64,000 nucleotides of DNA from Candidatus Magasanikiibacteriota bacterium. Its GTDB lineage: Bacteria > Patescibacteriota > Patescibacteriia > Magasanikbacterales > GWA2-37-8. The notes below the pieces were generated by a model, which worked only from the letters and a program-made list of their open reading frames with translations, made no database searches and had not been told where the DNA came from. The stretch is from assembly GCA_026396515.1 (NCBI GenBank), contig JAPLWQ010000003.1, forward strand, positions 227,569 through 291,568, read 5' to 3'. Within the stretch, counting starts at the first letter, position 1. The number at the start of each line of letters is the position of its first letter. The position numbers were made by a program, and so were the translations under genes. Below, piece by piece: positions 1 through 10,807 of the stretch.

Positions 1-775
1 GCAGGATGAAAAAATCGGCATGGCGGCACGTTTGATTCCAACTGAAATTCCCTCACCAGACGAACTTCGCTTTAATGATACTATGAGGGGTTTAACCGGT
101 TTACTCGACGGGTTGGTATTGGTTACCGGGCCGACTGGTTGCGGCAAATCAACCACCATCGCATCAATGATTGAAGAAATAAACAAAAAGCGCAAAGCGC
201 ATATCGTGACCATCGAAGATCCGATAGAGTTTGTGTTCAAGGATAAACTTAGTTTGATTGAACAGCGCGAAGTTGGCAAAGATACTTTAACTTTTGCCAA
301 TGCGTTAAAACATGTACTGCGTCAAGATCCGAATGTTATTTTTGTCGGCGAAATGCGCGACCCCGAAACTATTGCCACCGTACTTACCGCCGCCGAAACA
401 GGGCACCTGGTATTTTCTACATTGCATACTCCAAGCGCCGCGGAAGCGGTTGAAAGAATAATTGATGTGTTTGAAGGCTCGAAGCAAAAGCAAGTGCTGA
501 CGCAATTATCATCTGTGCTGCGCGCTATCGTCGCACAGCATTTGATACCGGCCAAAGACGGAGGGCGCGTGCCGGCAAGAGAAATATTAATCAATACTCC
601 GGCAGTCGCGAATTTGGTTCGGGAAAATAATATCAATCAGATAAAGTCAATGATTCAAACAGGTGTAAAAGACGGCATGGTAACCATGGAAAATTCCATT
701 AAAGAACTACTTGATCAAAATCTTATAGATAAAGAAATCGCCTTGAGGCGCATCGGTACGAGTAAGAAATTTTAG
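1..775 (+). CDS. pilT: Type IV pilus retraction ATPase PilT, C-terminal part (5'-truncated by window edge)
   Basis: Walker A GPTGCGKST; PilT/PilU-like Asp/His boxes and conserved C-terminal region; reading frame is open to position 1. Confidence 0.8.
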   Translation, partial: QDEKIGMAARLIPTEIPSPDELRFNDTMRGLTGLLDGLVLVTGPTGCGKSTTIASMIEEINKKRKAHIVTIEDPIEFVFKDKLSLIEQREVGKDTLTFANALKHVLRQDPNVIFVGEMRDPETIATVLTAAETGHLVFSTLHTPSAAEAVERIIDVFEGSKQKQVLTQLSSVLRAIVAQHLIPAKDGGRVPAREILINTPAVANLVRENNINQIKSMIQTGVKDGMVTMENSIKELLDQNLIDKEIALRRIGTSKKF

Positions 776-777
776 GT

Positions 778-2214
778 ATGGCAAAAAATGCCGACGTATT
801 TGAAACAATAAATTTAGTTTCCAAAAAAGAAAAGATTCCGACCTATATTGTCGGCGGTTTTGTGCGTGATTTTCTAATTGGCATAGAGCAAAAAAAAGAT
901 ATTGACTTTGTCGTGGAGGGAAGCGGAATTGAATTCGCCAAAGCACTTGACGCACAAATGAAAGGCGCCGGCAGTTTGGTTGAATTTCCGGATTTTGATA
1001 CAGCCCGTTATTTATTGGGCGAAGATAAGAACAGGGTTGTCCTTGAATTCGCCGGAGCGAGGACGGAAAAATACAGTAAAGATTCGCGCAAGCCGGCAGT
1101 AGTTGAGTCAACGCTGGCGGAGGATCTGTTGCGCCGTGATTTTACTGTTAATGCCATGGCGGTGCCGGTCGGCATATTTGCTAAAAAAGTTAAACCATCA
1201 TTGGCTATTTTCAAAAAGTCTGTAATTGATCCGTGTAACGGAATCAAAGATTTAAAAAACAAATTATTAAAAACACCATTAGATCCGGACCGCACTTTCA
1301 GCGACGATCCTTTGCGGATGATGAGGGCTATACGGTTTGCCACGCAATTAAATTTTGGCATTGACACCGACACGTTGAAGTCGGTACATGACAATCGCGC
1401 CCGCTTGAAAATTGTTTCTGATGAAAGAATTCAGGAGGAATTATTGCGCCTGCTCGGCTGTGGAACGCCATCAGTAGGCTTGACACTAATGTTTCAAACA
1501 GGGCTTTTAGATATTGTTCTGCCGGAGGTAGCAAAACTTGACGGCGTCGAGGAAGTATTCGGGCATCAGCACAAGAATAATTTAGTTCATACGTTTAAAG
1601 TGGTTGATAATATTGCTGAACAATCGGATGATGTACTGTTGCGTTTCGCCGGCCTTCTTCACGATATCGGCAAACCTCAGACAAAGAAATTTGTGGCGAA
1701 AATCGGCTGGACTTTTTATCAGCATGAGCATGTGGGCCGTAAAATGGCGAAGCAAATAGGGAAGCGCCTTCACATGTCAAACGATAATATTGAGTATCTT
1801 GCCAAGCTCGTGCGCTGGCATCAGCAGCCTATATCGCTAATGGACGAGGGAATTACTGACAGCGCGGTCAGGCGATTAATCGTAAATTTAGGCAATGAGC
1901 TTAATGATCTGTTAAAACTCGGCCGGTCCGATATTACGACCGGCAATCCGTTAAAAAAAGAGAAACGATTAAAAAATTATGACCGGCTTCAAAAACGTAT
2001 AGCTGAGGTGATTGACAAAGATAAATTGCGGGAGTTTCAGTCACCGTTGCGCGGAGATGAGATAATGAAATTATGCGGCTTAGAGCCCGGGCCGATAGTG
2101 GGGAAGATAAAAGAGGCAATTGAAGAGGCCATTTTGGACGGCATTATTCCAAATGAATACGAAGACGCGTTAAAATACTTTCATTCAATAAAAATGGATT
2201 TTCTAAATAAATAA
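778..2214 (+). CDS. cca: CCA-adding tRNA nucleotidyltransferase (poly(A)-polymerase head plus HD domain)
   Basis: GGFVRDFLIG...DIDF nucleotidyltransferase motif; HD motif LLHDIGK; 478 aa. Confidence 0.8.
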   Translation: MAKNADVFETINLVSKKEKIPTYIVGGFVRDFLIGIEQKKDIDFVVEGSGIEFAKALDAQMKGAGSLVEFPDFDTARYLLGEDKNRVVLEFAGARTEKYSKDSRKPAVVESTLAEDLLRRDFTVNAMAVPVGIFAKKVKPSLAIFKKSVIDPCNGIKDLKNKLLKTPLDPDRTFSDDPLRMMRAIRFATQLNFGIDTDTLKSVHDNRARLKIVSDERIQEELLRLLGCGTPSVGLTLMFQTGLLDIVLPEVAKLDGVEEVFGHQHKNNLVHTFKVVDNIAEQSDDVLLRFAGLLHDIGKPQTKKFVAKIGWTFYQHEHVGRKMAKQIGKRLHMSNDNIEYLAKLVRWHQQPISLMDEGITDSAVRRLIVNLGNELNDLLKLGRSDITTGNPLKKEKRLKNYDRLQKRIAEVIDKDKLREFQSPLRGDEIMKLCGLEPGPIVGKIKEAIEEAILDGIIPNEYEDALKYFHSIKMDFLNK

Positions 2215-2218
2215 TTTT

Positions 2219-3958
2219 ATGGCATTTTTTAAGTCAAAAAAATTCATTGTAATATCGGCCATCATTTTAATTATCGGAGGCCTGGTTGTGTATAGTCAAT
2301 ATAAAAAGGCGAATACTCCGATTGTATATGATACGGTCAAAGCCGTCGTAGGTACAATAAAACAAACGGTTGAGGCTACCGGAAAAATTCAGTCGGCCAA
2401 TGATTTGTCATTGCGATTTGAAATTTCAGGAACGGTTGGAGAAGTAAAAGTTATAGAGGGTTCAGTAGTAAAAGCGAATGATATACTAATGCGTTTAAAA
2501 ACCGCCGATCTCGACGCGGCTGTTGCGCAGGCGAGCGCAAATCTAAATCAAAGATTGGCCGGAGCCACCAAAGAAGACATTTCATATTATCAGTCAGCCG
2601 CCGACTTGGCTAAGGCATCGCTCGACCAGGCAATTGCCGACGGCGCGCATTCTATTTCATCGGCTGAATCAGCCGTGGAAACCGCGAAAAATAATTTAAA
2701 ATTGGCGGAGGGAGGGGATAATAGTGAGATCGTTTCCAATGCCTACGAGAATGCTGTAGGAGCTCTTCAATCGAGTTTATCAACAATGGATAACAGCCTG
2801 ACTCAAGCAGACAATATTTTAGGTATTGATAACCCGCTGGCAAACGACGATATTGAACAGTACCTGTCTATCAAGGATACATCCAAATTACCTATTGCAA
2901 ATCTGGCATATTCCGTTGCGAAATTGAATGTTGCTTCGGCGCGATCGATAATTATCGGTTTGACAACACAAAGTCAGCGATCTTTAATTGATGACTCTCT
3001 GGATAAAGCTGAAATTGCATTAAGCAGTTGTGCTCAACTTTTAATCAATGTTAAAGATACGTTGGTTGCAACCACGCCTGCCGGCTCTATTACGCAGGCA
3101 ATTCTTGATTCAAAGAAGACAACAATCGAAACAGCCCGGTCTGCAGCCGGCACGCAGTATAATTCAATTATTTCCCAGCGACAGCAAGTTAGCTCGGCAA
3201 AAAATAGTTATAATACTTATTTGATTGCTTATAATAGAGCGCTATCCGATTTGGAGAATACGAAAAAATCAGCGCAGAGCAATATTGATATGAAGGATGC
3301 TGCGTATAAACAAGCGCAGGCAAATCTTGCCGCAAAAATTAATCCGCCGCGTGAAGTTGATGTTGCGGCGTATCGGGCTGCGCTCTCCCAGGCAATCGCC
3401 AATCGCGATAAAGCGATTATGCGCGCCCCGATTGATGGTATGGTTACAAAGATATACAAAAAGAAGGGCGAGTTTGCTTCAATGAGTGAAGTAGCTCTTG
3501 AACTTTTATCGCCTCATTTTGAAATCGACGTTGATATCCCGGAAACCGATGTCGTCAAATTAAAATTGCAAGACACCGTTATTGTGACTCTCGATGCCTA
3601 TGGAGACGATGTTAAGTTTAGCGGGAAAGTCATATCGATCGATCCGGCCTCTACTGATGTACAGGATGTTGTTTATTACAAAGTAAAAGTAGCTCTCGAC
3701 GATTCAGATAGAGAAATTAAATCCGGCATGACAGCCAATGTTACTGTAAGCACTGCTTCGCGCGACAATGCGTTGTATATTCCGTTTCGCGCCGTAAGAA
3801 CAAATAGCCAAAACGAAAAATTCGTGCGCGTTCTTGTAAAAGGCGCACCGCAAGATACGACGGTTAAACTCGGACTTCGAGCCGATGACGGGCAGGTGGA
3901 GATTCTTGAGGGGTTGAAAGAAGGGGATGAAATAATTCTTAGCGTTCAGGGACAATAA
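2219..3958 (+). CDS. HlyD-family periplasmic adaptor (MacA-like membrane-fusion protein) with long coiled coil
   Basis: N-terminal TM; biotinyl-lipoyl-like and long coiled-coil segments; C-terminal beta-barrel motif; directly upstream of MacB-like ABC genes. Confidence 0.65.
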   Translation: MAFFKSKKFIVISAIILIIGGLVVYSQYKKANTPIVYDTVKAVVGTIKQTVEATGKIQSANDLSLRFEISGTVGEVKVIEGSVVKANDILMRLKTADLDAAVAQASANLNQRLAGATKEDISYYQSAADLAKASLDQAIADGAHSISSAESAVETAKNNLKLAEGGDNSEIVSNAYENAVGALQSSLSTMDNSLTQADNILGIDNPLANDDIEQYLSIKDTSKLPIANLAYSVAKLNVASARSIIIGLTTQSQRSLIDDSLDKAEIALSSCAQLLINVKDTLVATTPAGSITQAILDSKKTTIETARSAAGTQYNSIISQRQQVSSAKNSYNTYLIAYNRALSDLENTKKSAQSNIDMKDAAYKQAQANLAAKINPPREVDVAAYRAALSQAIANRDKAIMRAPIDGMVTKIYKKKGEFASMSEVALELLSPHFEIDVDIPETDVVKLKLQDTVIVTLDAYGDDVKFSGKVISIDPASTDVQDVVYYKVKVALDDSDREIKSGMTANVTVSTASRDNALYIPFRAVRTNSQNEKFVRVLVKGAPQDTTVKLGLRADDGQVEILEGLKEGDEIILSVQGQ

Positions 3959-3964
3959 AATTGT

Positions 3965-4687
3965 ATGGCTCTTATTGAAGTTGTAGATTTGGATAAGGAG
4001 TACGTCAACGAAGAAGTGGTTACACCCGTTCTTCACGGTTTAAATTTCAAAATTGAGAAGGGAGAATTTGTTGCCATCATGGGGCCGTCCGGTTCAGGGA
4101 AATCCACTCTTATGCACATTCTTGGTTTTTTAGACAAACTTTCAAAAGGAAAATTTGTTTTTGACGGCAAGGATGTCAGCACATTGACTGATGATGAATT
4201 AGCAGAGATGCGCAGTAAGTCCGTGGGTTTCGTCTTTCAGGCATTTAATCTTTTACCCAGAACAACCGTGTTGGAAAATGTGATACTGCCGCTTATATAC
4301 ACTAAAATGTCGGAAAAAGAGCGCATGTCAAAATCAAAAGCCGCCTTGTCTTCTGTTGGCTTAGACCATCGTTTACAATTTGTGCCCAGCCAGCTCTCGG
4401 GCGGTGAAAAACAAAGGGTGGCGATCGCCAGAGCCCTGGTGAATGAACCGGCCGTTATTTTTGCCGATGAACCAACGGGAAATCTTGATTCCAAATCCGG
4501 CCTGCAGGTTATGCAAATTTTACAGGAACTGAACGAGGAGGGCCACACCATTATTCTCGTGACACACGAAAAATATACTGCCGAACATGCGAAAAGAATT
4601 TTGCGTATCAGAGACGGCGAATTAGTGGGAGACGAAATTGTAAACAATCGTCAAATAGCGAATGGCGCGAAAGAGCTGATAAAGTAA
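3965..4687 (+). CDS. ABC transporter ATP-binding protein (MacB/LolD family)
   Basis: Walker A GPSGSGKST; signature LSGGEKQRVAIARAL; Walker [12 protein letters not shown]. Confidence 0.85.
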   Translation: MALIEVVDLDKEYVNEEVVTPVLHGLNFKIEKGEFVAIMGPSGSGKSTLMHILGFLDKLSKGKFVFDGKDVSTLTDDELAEMRSKSVGFVFQAFNLLPRTTVLENVILPLIYTKMSEKERMSKSKAALSSVGLDHRLQFVPSQLSGGEKQRVAIARALVNEPAVIFADEPTGNLDSKSGLQVMQILQELNEEGHTIILVTHEKYTAEHAKRILRIRDGELVGDEIVNNRQIANGAKELIK

Positions 4688-4700
4688 ATATCGTGGTGTT

Positions 4701-5936
4701 ATGAACTTGTTTGAGCAAATCCGTTCAGTATGGAAAATTATCGGCCGCAATAAAGTGCGGTCGATTTTGACAATGCTCGGCATCGTTATCGGCGTTATGG
4801 CCGTTATTGTTGTTATGTCTGTCGGCGCCGGAGCACAAAGCTTGATATTAAATCAGATTAAAAGCATGGGCTCAAATCTTGTCGGGGTTTTGCCGGGGCA
4901 AGCGGACGAGAAAGGCCCTCCGGCTTCAGCCATGGGTATAGTTATCACCACTCTCAAAGATGATGATATTAAAGCATTACTTAAGGAGATTCCATCATTA
5001 ACCGCCGGTACGGGGTATGTTAAAGGCGCGGAAACCATCAGTTGGGGAGACCAAAAGACTGATACGAATTTTACCGGTGTGAGCGCTCAATATACTGAAG
5101 TTGAGGACGCGAAAGTTGAGTTCGGCCGATTTTTTACCGAAGAAGAGGAGCGGGCTTCGACAAGGGTGGTTGTACTTGGGAGTACGGTAGCTAAAGATTT
5201 ATTTGGTGATCAGGACCCTTTGGACAAGCAAATTAAAATCAAAAAAACTCTTTTTAACATCATTGGTGTAATGAAAGAGAGGGGCACTTCGGGCATGCAA
5301 AATCAGGATAATCAGGTATTCGTGCCATTATATACGGCGCAGAAATTACTTTTAGGAATTGATTATATAAGTTTTGCCCGGTTTAAAGTTGATAATGCCG
5401 AAGATGTGAATTCTGCCATGGAACAAATGAATGTTATATTGCGAGACCGCCATAAGATAGACAAACCGGAAAACGATGACTTCAACGTTCGTTCCACGGC
5501 GCAGGGTTTGGACGCTATTATGTCAATTACCAATGCGTTAAAAATGTTTCTGGCGGCGATTGCCGCGATTGCTCTAATCGTCGGCGGAGTCGGTATTATG
5601 AATATTATGCTGGCGGCCGTTCAGGAGCGAACGCGTGAGATTGGTTTGCGCAAAGCGGTGGGCGCAAAAAACAGTGATATCACGGTTCAGTTTTTAGTTG
5701 AATCAATTACCATTACTTTAATAGGCGGCATAATAGGAATTATTCTGGGAATATTTATTTCTTATTCAGTTGCGAAAGTCGCCCAGCAAATGGGATATAA
5801 TTGGGATTTTGTGATATCAATATCTGCAATTATTATTGGTTGTATTGTCTCCGTGGGAGTGGGCCTGCTTTTTGGTATTGCCCCGGCTCGCCGGGCGAGC
5901 CTTCTTGATCCGATAGAGGCATTAAGACATGAGTAA
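4701..5936 (+). CDS. ABC transporter permease (MacB/FtsX family)
   Basis: N-terminal TM, periplasmic MacB_PCD-like domain, C-terminal FtsX-type 3-TM bundle. Confidence 0.75.
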   Translation: MNLFEQIRSVWKIIGRNKVRSILTMLGIVIGVMAVIVVMSVGAGAQSLILNQIKSMGSNLVGVLPGQADEKGPPASAMGIVITTLKDDDIKALLKEIPSLTAGTGYVKGAETISWGDQKTDTNFTGVSAQYTEVEDAKVEFGRFFTEEEERASTRVVVLGSTVAKDLFGDQDPLDKQIKIKKTLFNIIGVMKERGTSGMQNQDNQVFVPLYTAQKLLLGIDYISFARFKVDNAEDVNSAMEQMNVILRDRHKIDKPENDDFNVRSTAQGLDAIMSITNALKMFLAAIAAIALIVGGVGIMNIMLAAVQERTREIGLRKAVGAKNSDITVQFLVESITITLIGGIIGIILGIFISYSVAKVAQQMGYNWDFVISISAIIIGCIVSVGVGLLFGIAPARRASLLDPIEALRHE

Positions 5937-7182
5937 TATGAATTTCACGCCGATAAGATTGGCATATAACGCATTAAGCGCGCAAAAAACGCGAACTATT
6001 TTAACGATTCTCGGTATGAGCATTGGTATTGCCGTTGTCATAACAATAATGGCTGCCGGCAAAGGTCTGGATTATATGGTGATGGGTCAATTGGAAATAT
6101 TTTCTCCTAACACAATTACCGTTGAAGTAAAAGTACCGGCAACCAAGAAAACATCGAACGATAATGCCATGGGTATAGCCACGGGCATTACCATTACCAC
6201 CCTAAAAGACAAAGACTTGGATACGGTATTAAAGCATCCCAATGTCTCAGCAGCTTACGGGTTTGTCATGGGTCAGGCGGTGGTCAAATATCAAAATGAA
6301 ACTAAAACAAGTTTATTGTTCGGCGAGGGGTACAACCTGCAGGAAGTGGAAAAATTTGCGATAGATTCCGGCAGGCTGTTTACGCAAGACGAAGAAGATT
6401 CACTTACCCAAGTGGCTGTTCTCGGCTCAAAGATGAGCGAACTTCTTTTCGGTCAAGAAAATGCAGTCGGCAAAACAGTATATATCAAGGGAAAGCCGTT
6501 CAGAGTTGTTGGAGTAGCGGCCAAGCGGGGCGCAGTGCTTGGAATGGATATGGATAAAATGATTGTATTACCCGCTAAAACAATGCAGAGACGAATTTTG
6601 GGTATTGATTATTATCAGGAAATAATTGCTAAGGTTATAGACAGAACGCAAATTAAGCAAACCGTTGCCGACTTGGAACAATCCTTGCGTGAAAATCATG
6701 ATATTACAGATCCGAATAAAGATGACTTTGCTGTAAATACAATGGAAGAAGCCGCCAAAATGCTGTCTTCGGTTGTAAACGGGTTAACATTGCTTCTGGT
6801 GGCGCTCGTATGTGTTTCTCTTCTGGTCGGCGGTGTGGGCATCATGAATATTATGTATGTTTCCGTTACGGAACGCACTTATGAAATCGGATTGCGCAAA
6901 GCGCTTGGGGCTAAGAGTAAAGATATACTGATGCAGTTTTTATTTGAGGCGATAATACTAACTGTAGCGGGTGGAATTTTTGGAATAATTTCCGGAGCCT
7001 TGCTGGCGCTCGTGATATATTTTATTGCCACCAGCTACAACTACACATGGCTTTATTCGGTGCCCCTGTCGTCAATCTTTCTTGCCATCGGGTTTTCCGC
7101 CGCCATTGGCCTGATTTTTGGCATATACCCAGCCAAAAAGGCGGCGTCGCTCAATCCGATGGAGGCCTTGCGCCGTGAATAG
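5929..7182 (+). CDS. ABC transporter permease (MacB/FtsX family), paralog of the preceding gene
   Basis: Same architecture as 4701..5936; 8-nt start/stop overlap suggests translational coupling. Confidence 0.75.
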   Translation: MSNMNFTPIRLAYNALSAQKTRTILTILGMSIGIAVVITIMAAGKGLDYMVMGQLEIFSPNTITVEVKVPATKKTSNDNAMGIATGITITTLKDKDLDTVLKHPNVSAAYGFVMGQAVVKYQNETKTSLLFGEGYNLQEVEKFAIDSGRLFTQDEEDSLTQVAVLGSKMSELLFGQENAVGKTVYIKGKPFRVVGVAAKRGAVLGMDMDKMIVLPAKTMQRRILGIDYYQEIIAKVIDRTQIKQTVADLEQSLRENHDITDPNKDDFAVNTMEEAAKMLSSVVNGLTLLLVALVCVSLLVGGVGIMNIMYVSVTERTYEIGLRKALGAKSKDILMQFLFEAIILTVAGGIFGIISGALLALVIYFIATSYNYTWLYSVPLSSIFLAIGFSAAIGLIFGIYPAKKAASLNPMEALRRE

Positions 7183-7253
7183 TGTTTGGCTTGCCAACAA
7201 CACTCCGCAATGATAATATTCAAGCGTGAAAAGGTATTTTTAAAGCCAGCTAA

Positions 7254-9059
7254 TTGGCTGTTTTAATTGTTATGGCCGATACCCAGGCAATCAAAGACCG
7301 GGTTGATATTGTCCAACTAATTCAGGAGTATCTTCCCCTAAAAAAAGCGGGCGCAAACTGGAAGGCGCCATGCCCGTTTCATCATGAGAAAACGCCCTCG
7401 TTTATGGTGCATCCTGAGAAACAAATCTGGCACTGTTTTGGCTGTGGCAAGGGCGGAGATATTTTTACATTTGTGCAGGAAATGGAGGGCTTGGATTTTC
7501 CGGAAACACTGAAACTTTTGGCCGACCGCGCCGGAGTAAAGATTGAATCGAGCCAATATAGTGAAATAAATAAAAGTCAGAAAAACAGAATTTATGAGAT
7601 AAACTCAAAGGCGGCATATTTTTTCCATCATCTTTTATTGGAGATGTCTGCGGCTGCCGTAGCCAGAGAATATTTATACAAAAGACGATTACTGAAGGAG
7701 CAAACAGTGATTGATTGGCAAATCGGTTTTATTCCCGACCAATGGGACCTGCTGACTCAATATCTTCTCAAAAAAGGTTTTGGTATTGATGATTTAGTTG
7801 CTTCCGGTCTGACTGTAAAAAATGATGAACGTAAGAGCCATTACGACAGGTTTCGCGGGCGAATAATGTTTCCCATTCAGGATGTTCACGGAAATATCGT
7901 CGGTTTTACCGGCAGAATCCTTGTGGAAACCGAAAATTCCGGCGGTAAATATGTTAACACTCCTCAAACACTGGCATATGATAAATCCAGAGTGATCTAC
8001 GGGCTCAACAAAGCCAAACAGGAAATAAAAACCAAAGACATGGCTGTGCTCGTGGAGGGGCAGATGGACGTGATTGCCTGCCATGAAGCCGGTATGAAAA
8101 ATGTTATTGCCGCTTCCGGCACTGCGTTAACAGACGATCAGGTGCGCCTGATAAAGCGATACACCAATAATATCGCCATGGCATTTGATGCAGATAGTGC
8201 AGGGCAAAATGCCGCCAAGCGGGGGATTGATGTGGCCTTATTGGCCGGATTGAATATTAAAGTGATAAAAATTCCTGATGGCGCGGGCAAAGACGCTGAC
8301 GAATGCTTAAAAAAGAATTCTAACGTCTGGTTTAGATCCGTTGATGAGGCGACAGGAATAATGGAGTGGTATTTCGCAAACATATTGAAAGGGGCGAATT
8401 TGAGCGATCCAAAGACAAAACAGAAAGCGGCGCAGGCACTTCTTTCTGAAGTTGCAAAGATACCGTACGCAGTGGAAAGGGAGGCCTGGGTAAAGAAAAT
8501 GTCCGAGCTTCTTGGCGCGGACACGGCAATTTTGCTTGAAGAACTGCGTAAAATCAAGCGGGAAACGCGCGAGCCGGCATCAGCCAATGTTCAGACAGCG
8601 CAAAGTGAGAAGGAAACCATCTTAGTCGGCGGGCAGAGGATAGACTTGTTGAGGCAAAAAGTATGCGCTTTAATAATCAGCCGGCCTGCAATTTTTTCTG
8701 CTCTGCACGCGTATATAAAGCCGGAGTATTTCGTAAATACCGCATACAGCCCCCTTTACGAAATGCTGGAAAAACAATATAATGATAACATCCGGCCATC
8801 GCTTGGCGATTTTAAGTTAAATAACGCGGCAGGAGAGAATCTTGCGGACCTGCTATATATGCAGTCGCAAAAAGATTACGCGGAATTGAGCGATGAAGAC
8901 AGTGAAAAAGAAGCCGTACTGATACTGAGTGAAATTGATAAGATGTATAAAAAAAGCCGGCGCGATGAGTTGGCTCGCGAGTTGAAAACAGTTCAAGATC
9001 TGGGAGACAGCGCGAGGGAAAATGAATTATTAAAACAAATAATGGATTTAACAAAATAA
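7254..9059 (+). CDS. dnaG: DNA primase DnaG
   Basis: Zinc-ribbon CPFHHEKTPSF...CFGCGKGGD; Toprim domain (EGQMDV, D.D motifs). Confidence 0.85.
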   Translation: MAVLIVMADTQAIKDRVDIVQLIQEYLPLKKAGANWKAPCPFHHEKTPSFMVHPEKQIWHCFGCGKGGDIFTFVQEMEGLDFPETLKLLADRAGVKIESSQYSEINKSQKNRIYEINSKAAYFFHHLLLEMSAAAVAREYLYKRRLLKEQTVIDWQIGFIPDQWDLLTQYLLKKGFGIDDLVASGLTVKNDERKSHYDRFRGRIMFPIQDVHGNIVGFTGRILVETENSGGKYVNTPQTLAYDKSRVIYGLNKAKQEIKTKDMAVLVEGQMDVIACHEAGMKNVIAASGTALTDDQVRLIKRYTNNIAMAFDADSAGQNAAKRGIDVALLAGLNIKVIKIPDGAGKDADECLKKNSNVWFRSVDEATGIMEWYFANILKGANLSDPKTKQKAAQALLSEVAKIPYAVEREAWVKKMSELLGADTAILLEELRKIKRETREPASANVQTAQSEKETILVGGQRIDLLRQKVCALIISRPAIFSALHAYIKPEYFVNTAYSPLYEMLEKQYNDNIRPSLGDFKLNNAAGENLADLLYMQSQKDYAELSDEDSEKEAVLILSEIDKMYKKSRRDELARELKTVQDLGDSARENELLKQIMDLTK

Positions 9060-9065
9060 CTTTTT

Positions 9066-10361
9066 ATGTCCCGAAAAAAAAGGACAATCAAAAAGGCGGC
9101 TGCCCGCAAAACGACCCAGAAGGCCGTTTCAAAAAAAGGCAAGACCGCAAAAAAAAGAATTGTAAAAAAGCCGGCAAAAAAGAAAGTTTTAAAAAAATCC
9201 AGGGTTAATGCAAAAGTAAAGAAACATTTTAAAAAATTTAAACAGCCGATAATAATTGAAGAGGTGGAAGAGCCGGCCGATGAGCGCATATGGCATCTGA
9301 TAGATAAAGGCCGTATTCGCGGATTTATTACCGAGGTGGAAATGCTAAGCATTTTTAACCGCCCGGAAAGGTATCTCGACCTCTACGAGGGCTTCCTGGA
9401 TCTGCTTGAAAAAAATGGCGTGGCGCTGGTGGAGGGTCAGAATGGCCTGCTTGGTTCTCACGCCGAGCGCAAGGAAGTATTAAAGGGCTTCCAGGGTGAA
9501 CAGCCTGATATGGACGTGCCTTTTGATTTGGGACAAATTTCTTCCGATTCAATTCAAATGTATTTGCGGGAGATAGGGAAAATCCCGCTTCTTAAAGGCG
9601 AAGAAGAAGTGTCTCTGGCTAAACGAACGGAAAAGGGCGACCGCGCCGCAGAGTGCAAACTGATTGAAGCCAACCTGCGCCTGGTTGTTTCCATTGCTAA
9701 AAAATTTGTCGGCAAGACATTGTCGCTTTTGGATTTGATACAGGAAGGAAATATCGGTTTATTCCGCGCCGTAAAGAAATTTGATTACAGAAAGGGCTAT
9801 AAATTCTCTACCTACGCCACCTGGTGGATCCGTCAGGCGATTACCAGAGCCCTGGCCGACCAGTCGCGCACCATCCGCATTCCTGTGCATATGGTTGAGA
9901 CAATCAATCGCTTTCAACAGGTTCAACGCCGCTTGTTGCAGGATTTGGGCAGAGACCCGACGCCTGAAGAATTGGCCGCAGAAATGGGCGAGGAGGTTGA
10001 TAAAATAAATCACATTATAAAGATTTCACAGGATACAGTTTCTTTGGAAGTATCAGTCGGCGATGATGACGACGACTCATCGCTTCAGGATTTTATTGAA
10101 GACGTGAAAAATGTTTCGCCTGACCGCGCCGCCGGCTTGCAGATTTTGCGCGATTACGTGAAAGAAGCGATTAAAGATTTGTCCGCCCGCGAACAAAAAA
10201 TTCTGGAAATGCGCTTTGGCTTAACCGATGGTGTCACCCATACGCTTGAAGAAGTGGGCCAGGAATTTGGCGTAACTCGTGAACGCATCCGCCAGATTGA
10301 GGCAAAGGCATTGGAAAAAATTAAGGATATGAACATCGTTCAAAAGCTAAGGGACTACTAA
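9066..10361 (+). CDS. rpoD: RNA polymerase sigma-70 factor RpoD with ~60-aa lysine-rich N-terminal tail
   Basis: Regions 1.2-4.2 conserved ([24 protein letters not shown], helix-turn-helix [19 protein letters not shown]); N-terminus of KKxAxKK repeats. Confidence 0.9.
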   Translation: MSRKKRTIKKAAARKTTQKAVSKKGKTAKKRIVKKPAKKKVLKKSRVNAKVKKHFKKFKQPIIIEEVEEPADERIWHLIDKGRIRGFITEVEMLSIFNRPERYLDLYEGFLDLLEKNGVALVEGQNGLLGSHAERKEVLKGFQGEQPDMDVPFDLGQISSDSIQMYLREIGKIPLLKGEEEVSLAKRTEKGDRAAECKLIEANLRLVVSIAKKFVGKTLSLLDLIQEGNIGLFRAVKKFDYRKGYKFSTYATWWIRQAITRALADQSRTIRIPVHMVETINRFQQVQRRLLQDLGRDPTPEELAAEMGEEVDKINHIIKISQDTVSLEVSVGDDDDDSSLQDFIEDVKNVSPDRAAGLQILRDYVKEAIKDLSAREQKILEMRFGLTDGVTHTLEEVGQEFGVTRERIRQIEAKALEKIKDMNIVQKLRDY

Positions 10362-10362
10362 T

Positions 10363-10797
10363 ATGTCCGAATTCGCCAAAGTAAATCCGTCAGATATATC
10401 TCCTAAACAAGAAAAGCAACCCGAAACAGTATTATCTCCCAGAGACAATGCCCGCCTTATTAATATCCTTAAAAGAGCCAAAGCAGCTGAAGCAGACGAA
10501 GACACGATACTTGCCATCCGGCTATATGAGGAATACCTTGAAGAGTTTGAAAAGATAAAAAGAGGCGAAACGTCGGAAGAAACGAGTGGTTCGGAAGAAG
10601 GTGAAGTGACTTTAGCCGAAGCTGAGAGAATTTTCGGAGAAGATTTCCACGGTCCGGAAGCAGTGGAAAAAACATTTGACTTCCACGTCAGAGAATCCGA
10701 AGTTCCGCCCATTCCATTTTCCCAGGAAGACCTTGAAAGAGCCAAAGAACTCGGTCAGATGCTCATTCTTCGTCCAAGACACCGACCAAGATGGTAA
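10363..10797 (+). CDS. Hypothetical acidic protein
   Basis: ATG directly after rpoD stop; Glu/Asp-rich; no recognisable motif. Confidence 0.4.
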   Translation: MSEFAKVNPSDISPKQEKQPETVLSPRDNARLINILKRAKAAEADEDTILAIRLYEEYLEEFEKIKRGETSEETSGSEEGEVTLAEAERIFGEDFHGPEAVEKTFDFHVRESEVPPIPFSQEDLERAKELGQMLILRPRHRPRW

Positions 10798-10807
10798 CCC
10801 CCTGACA

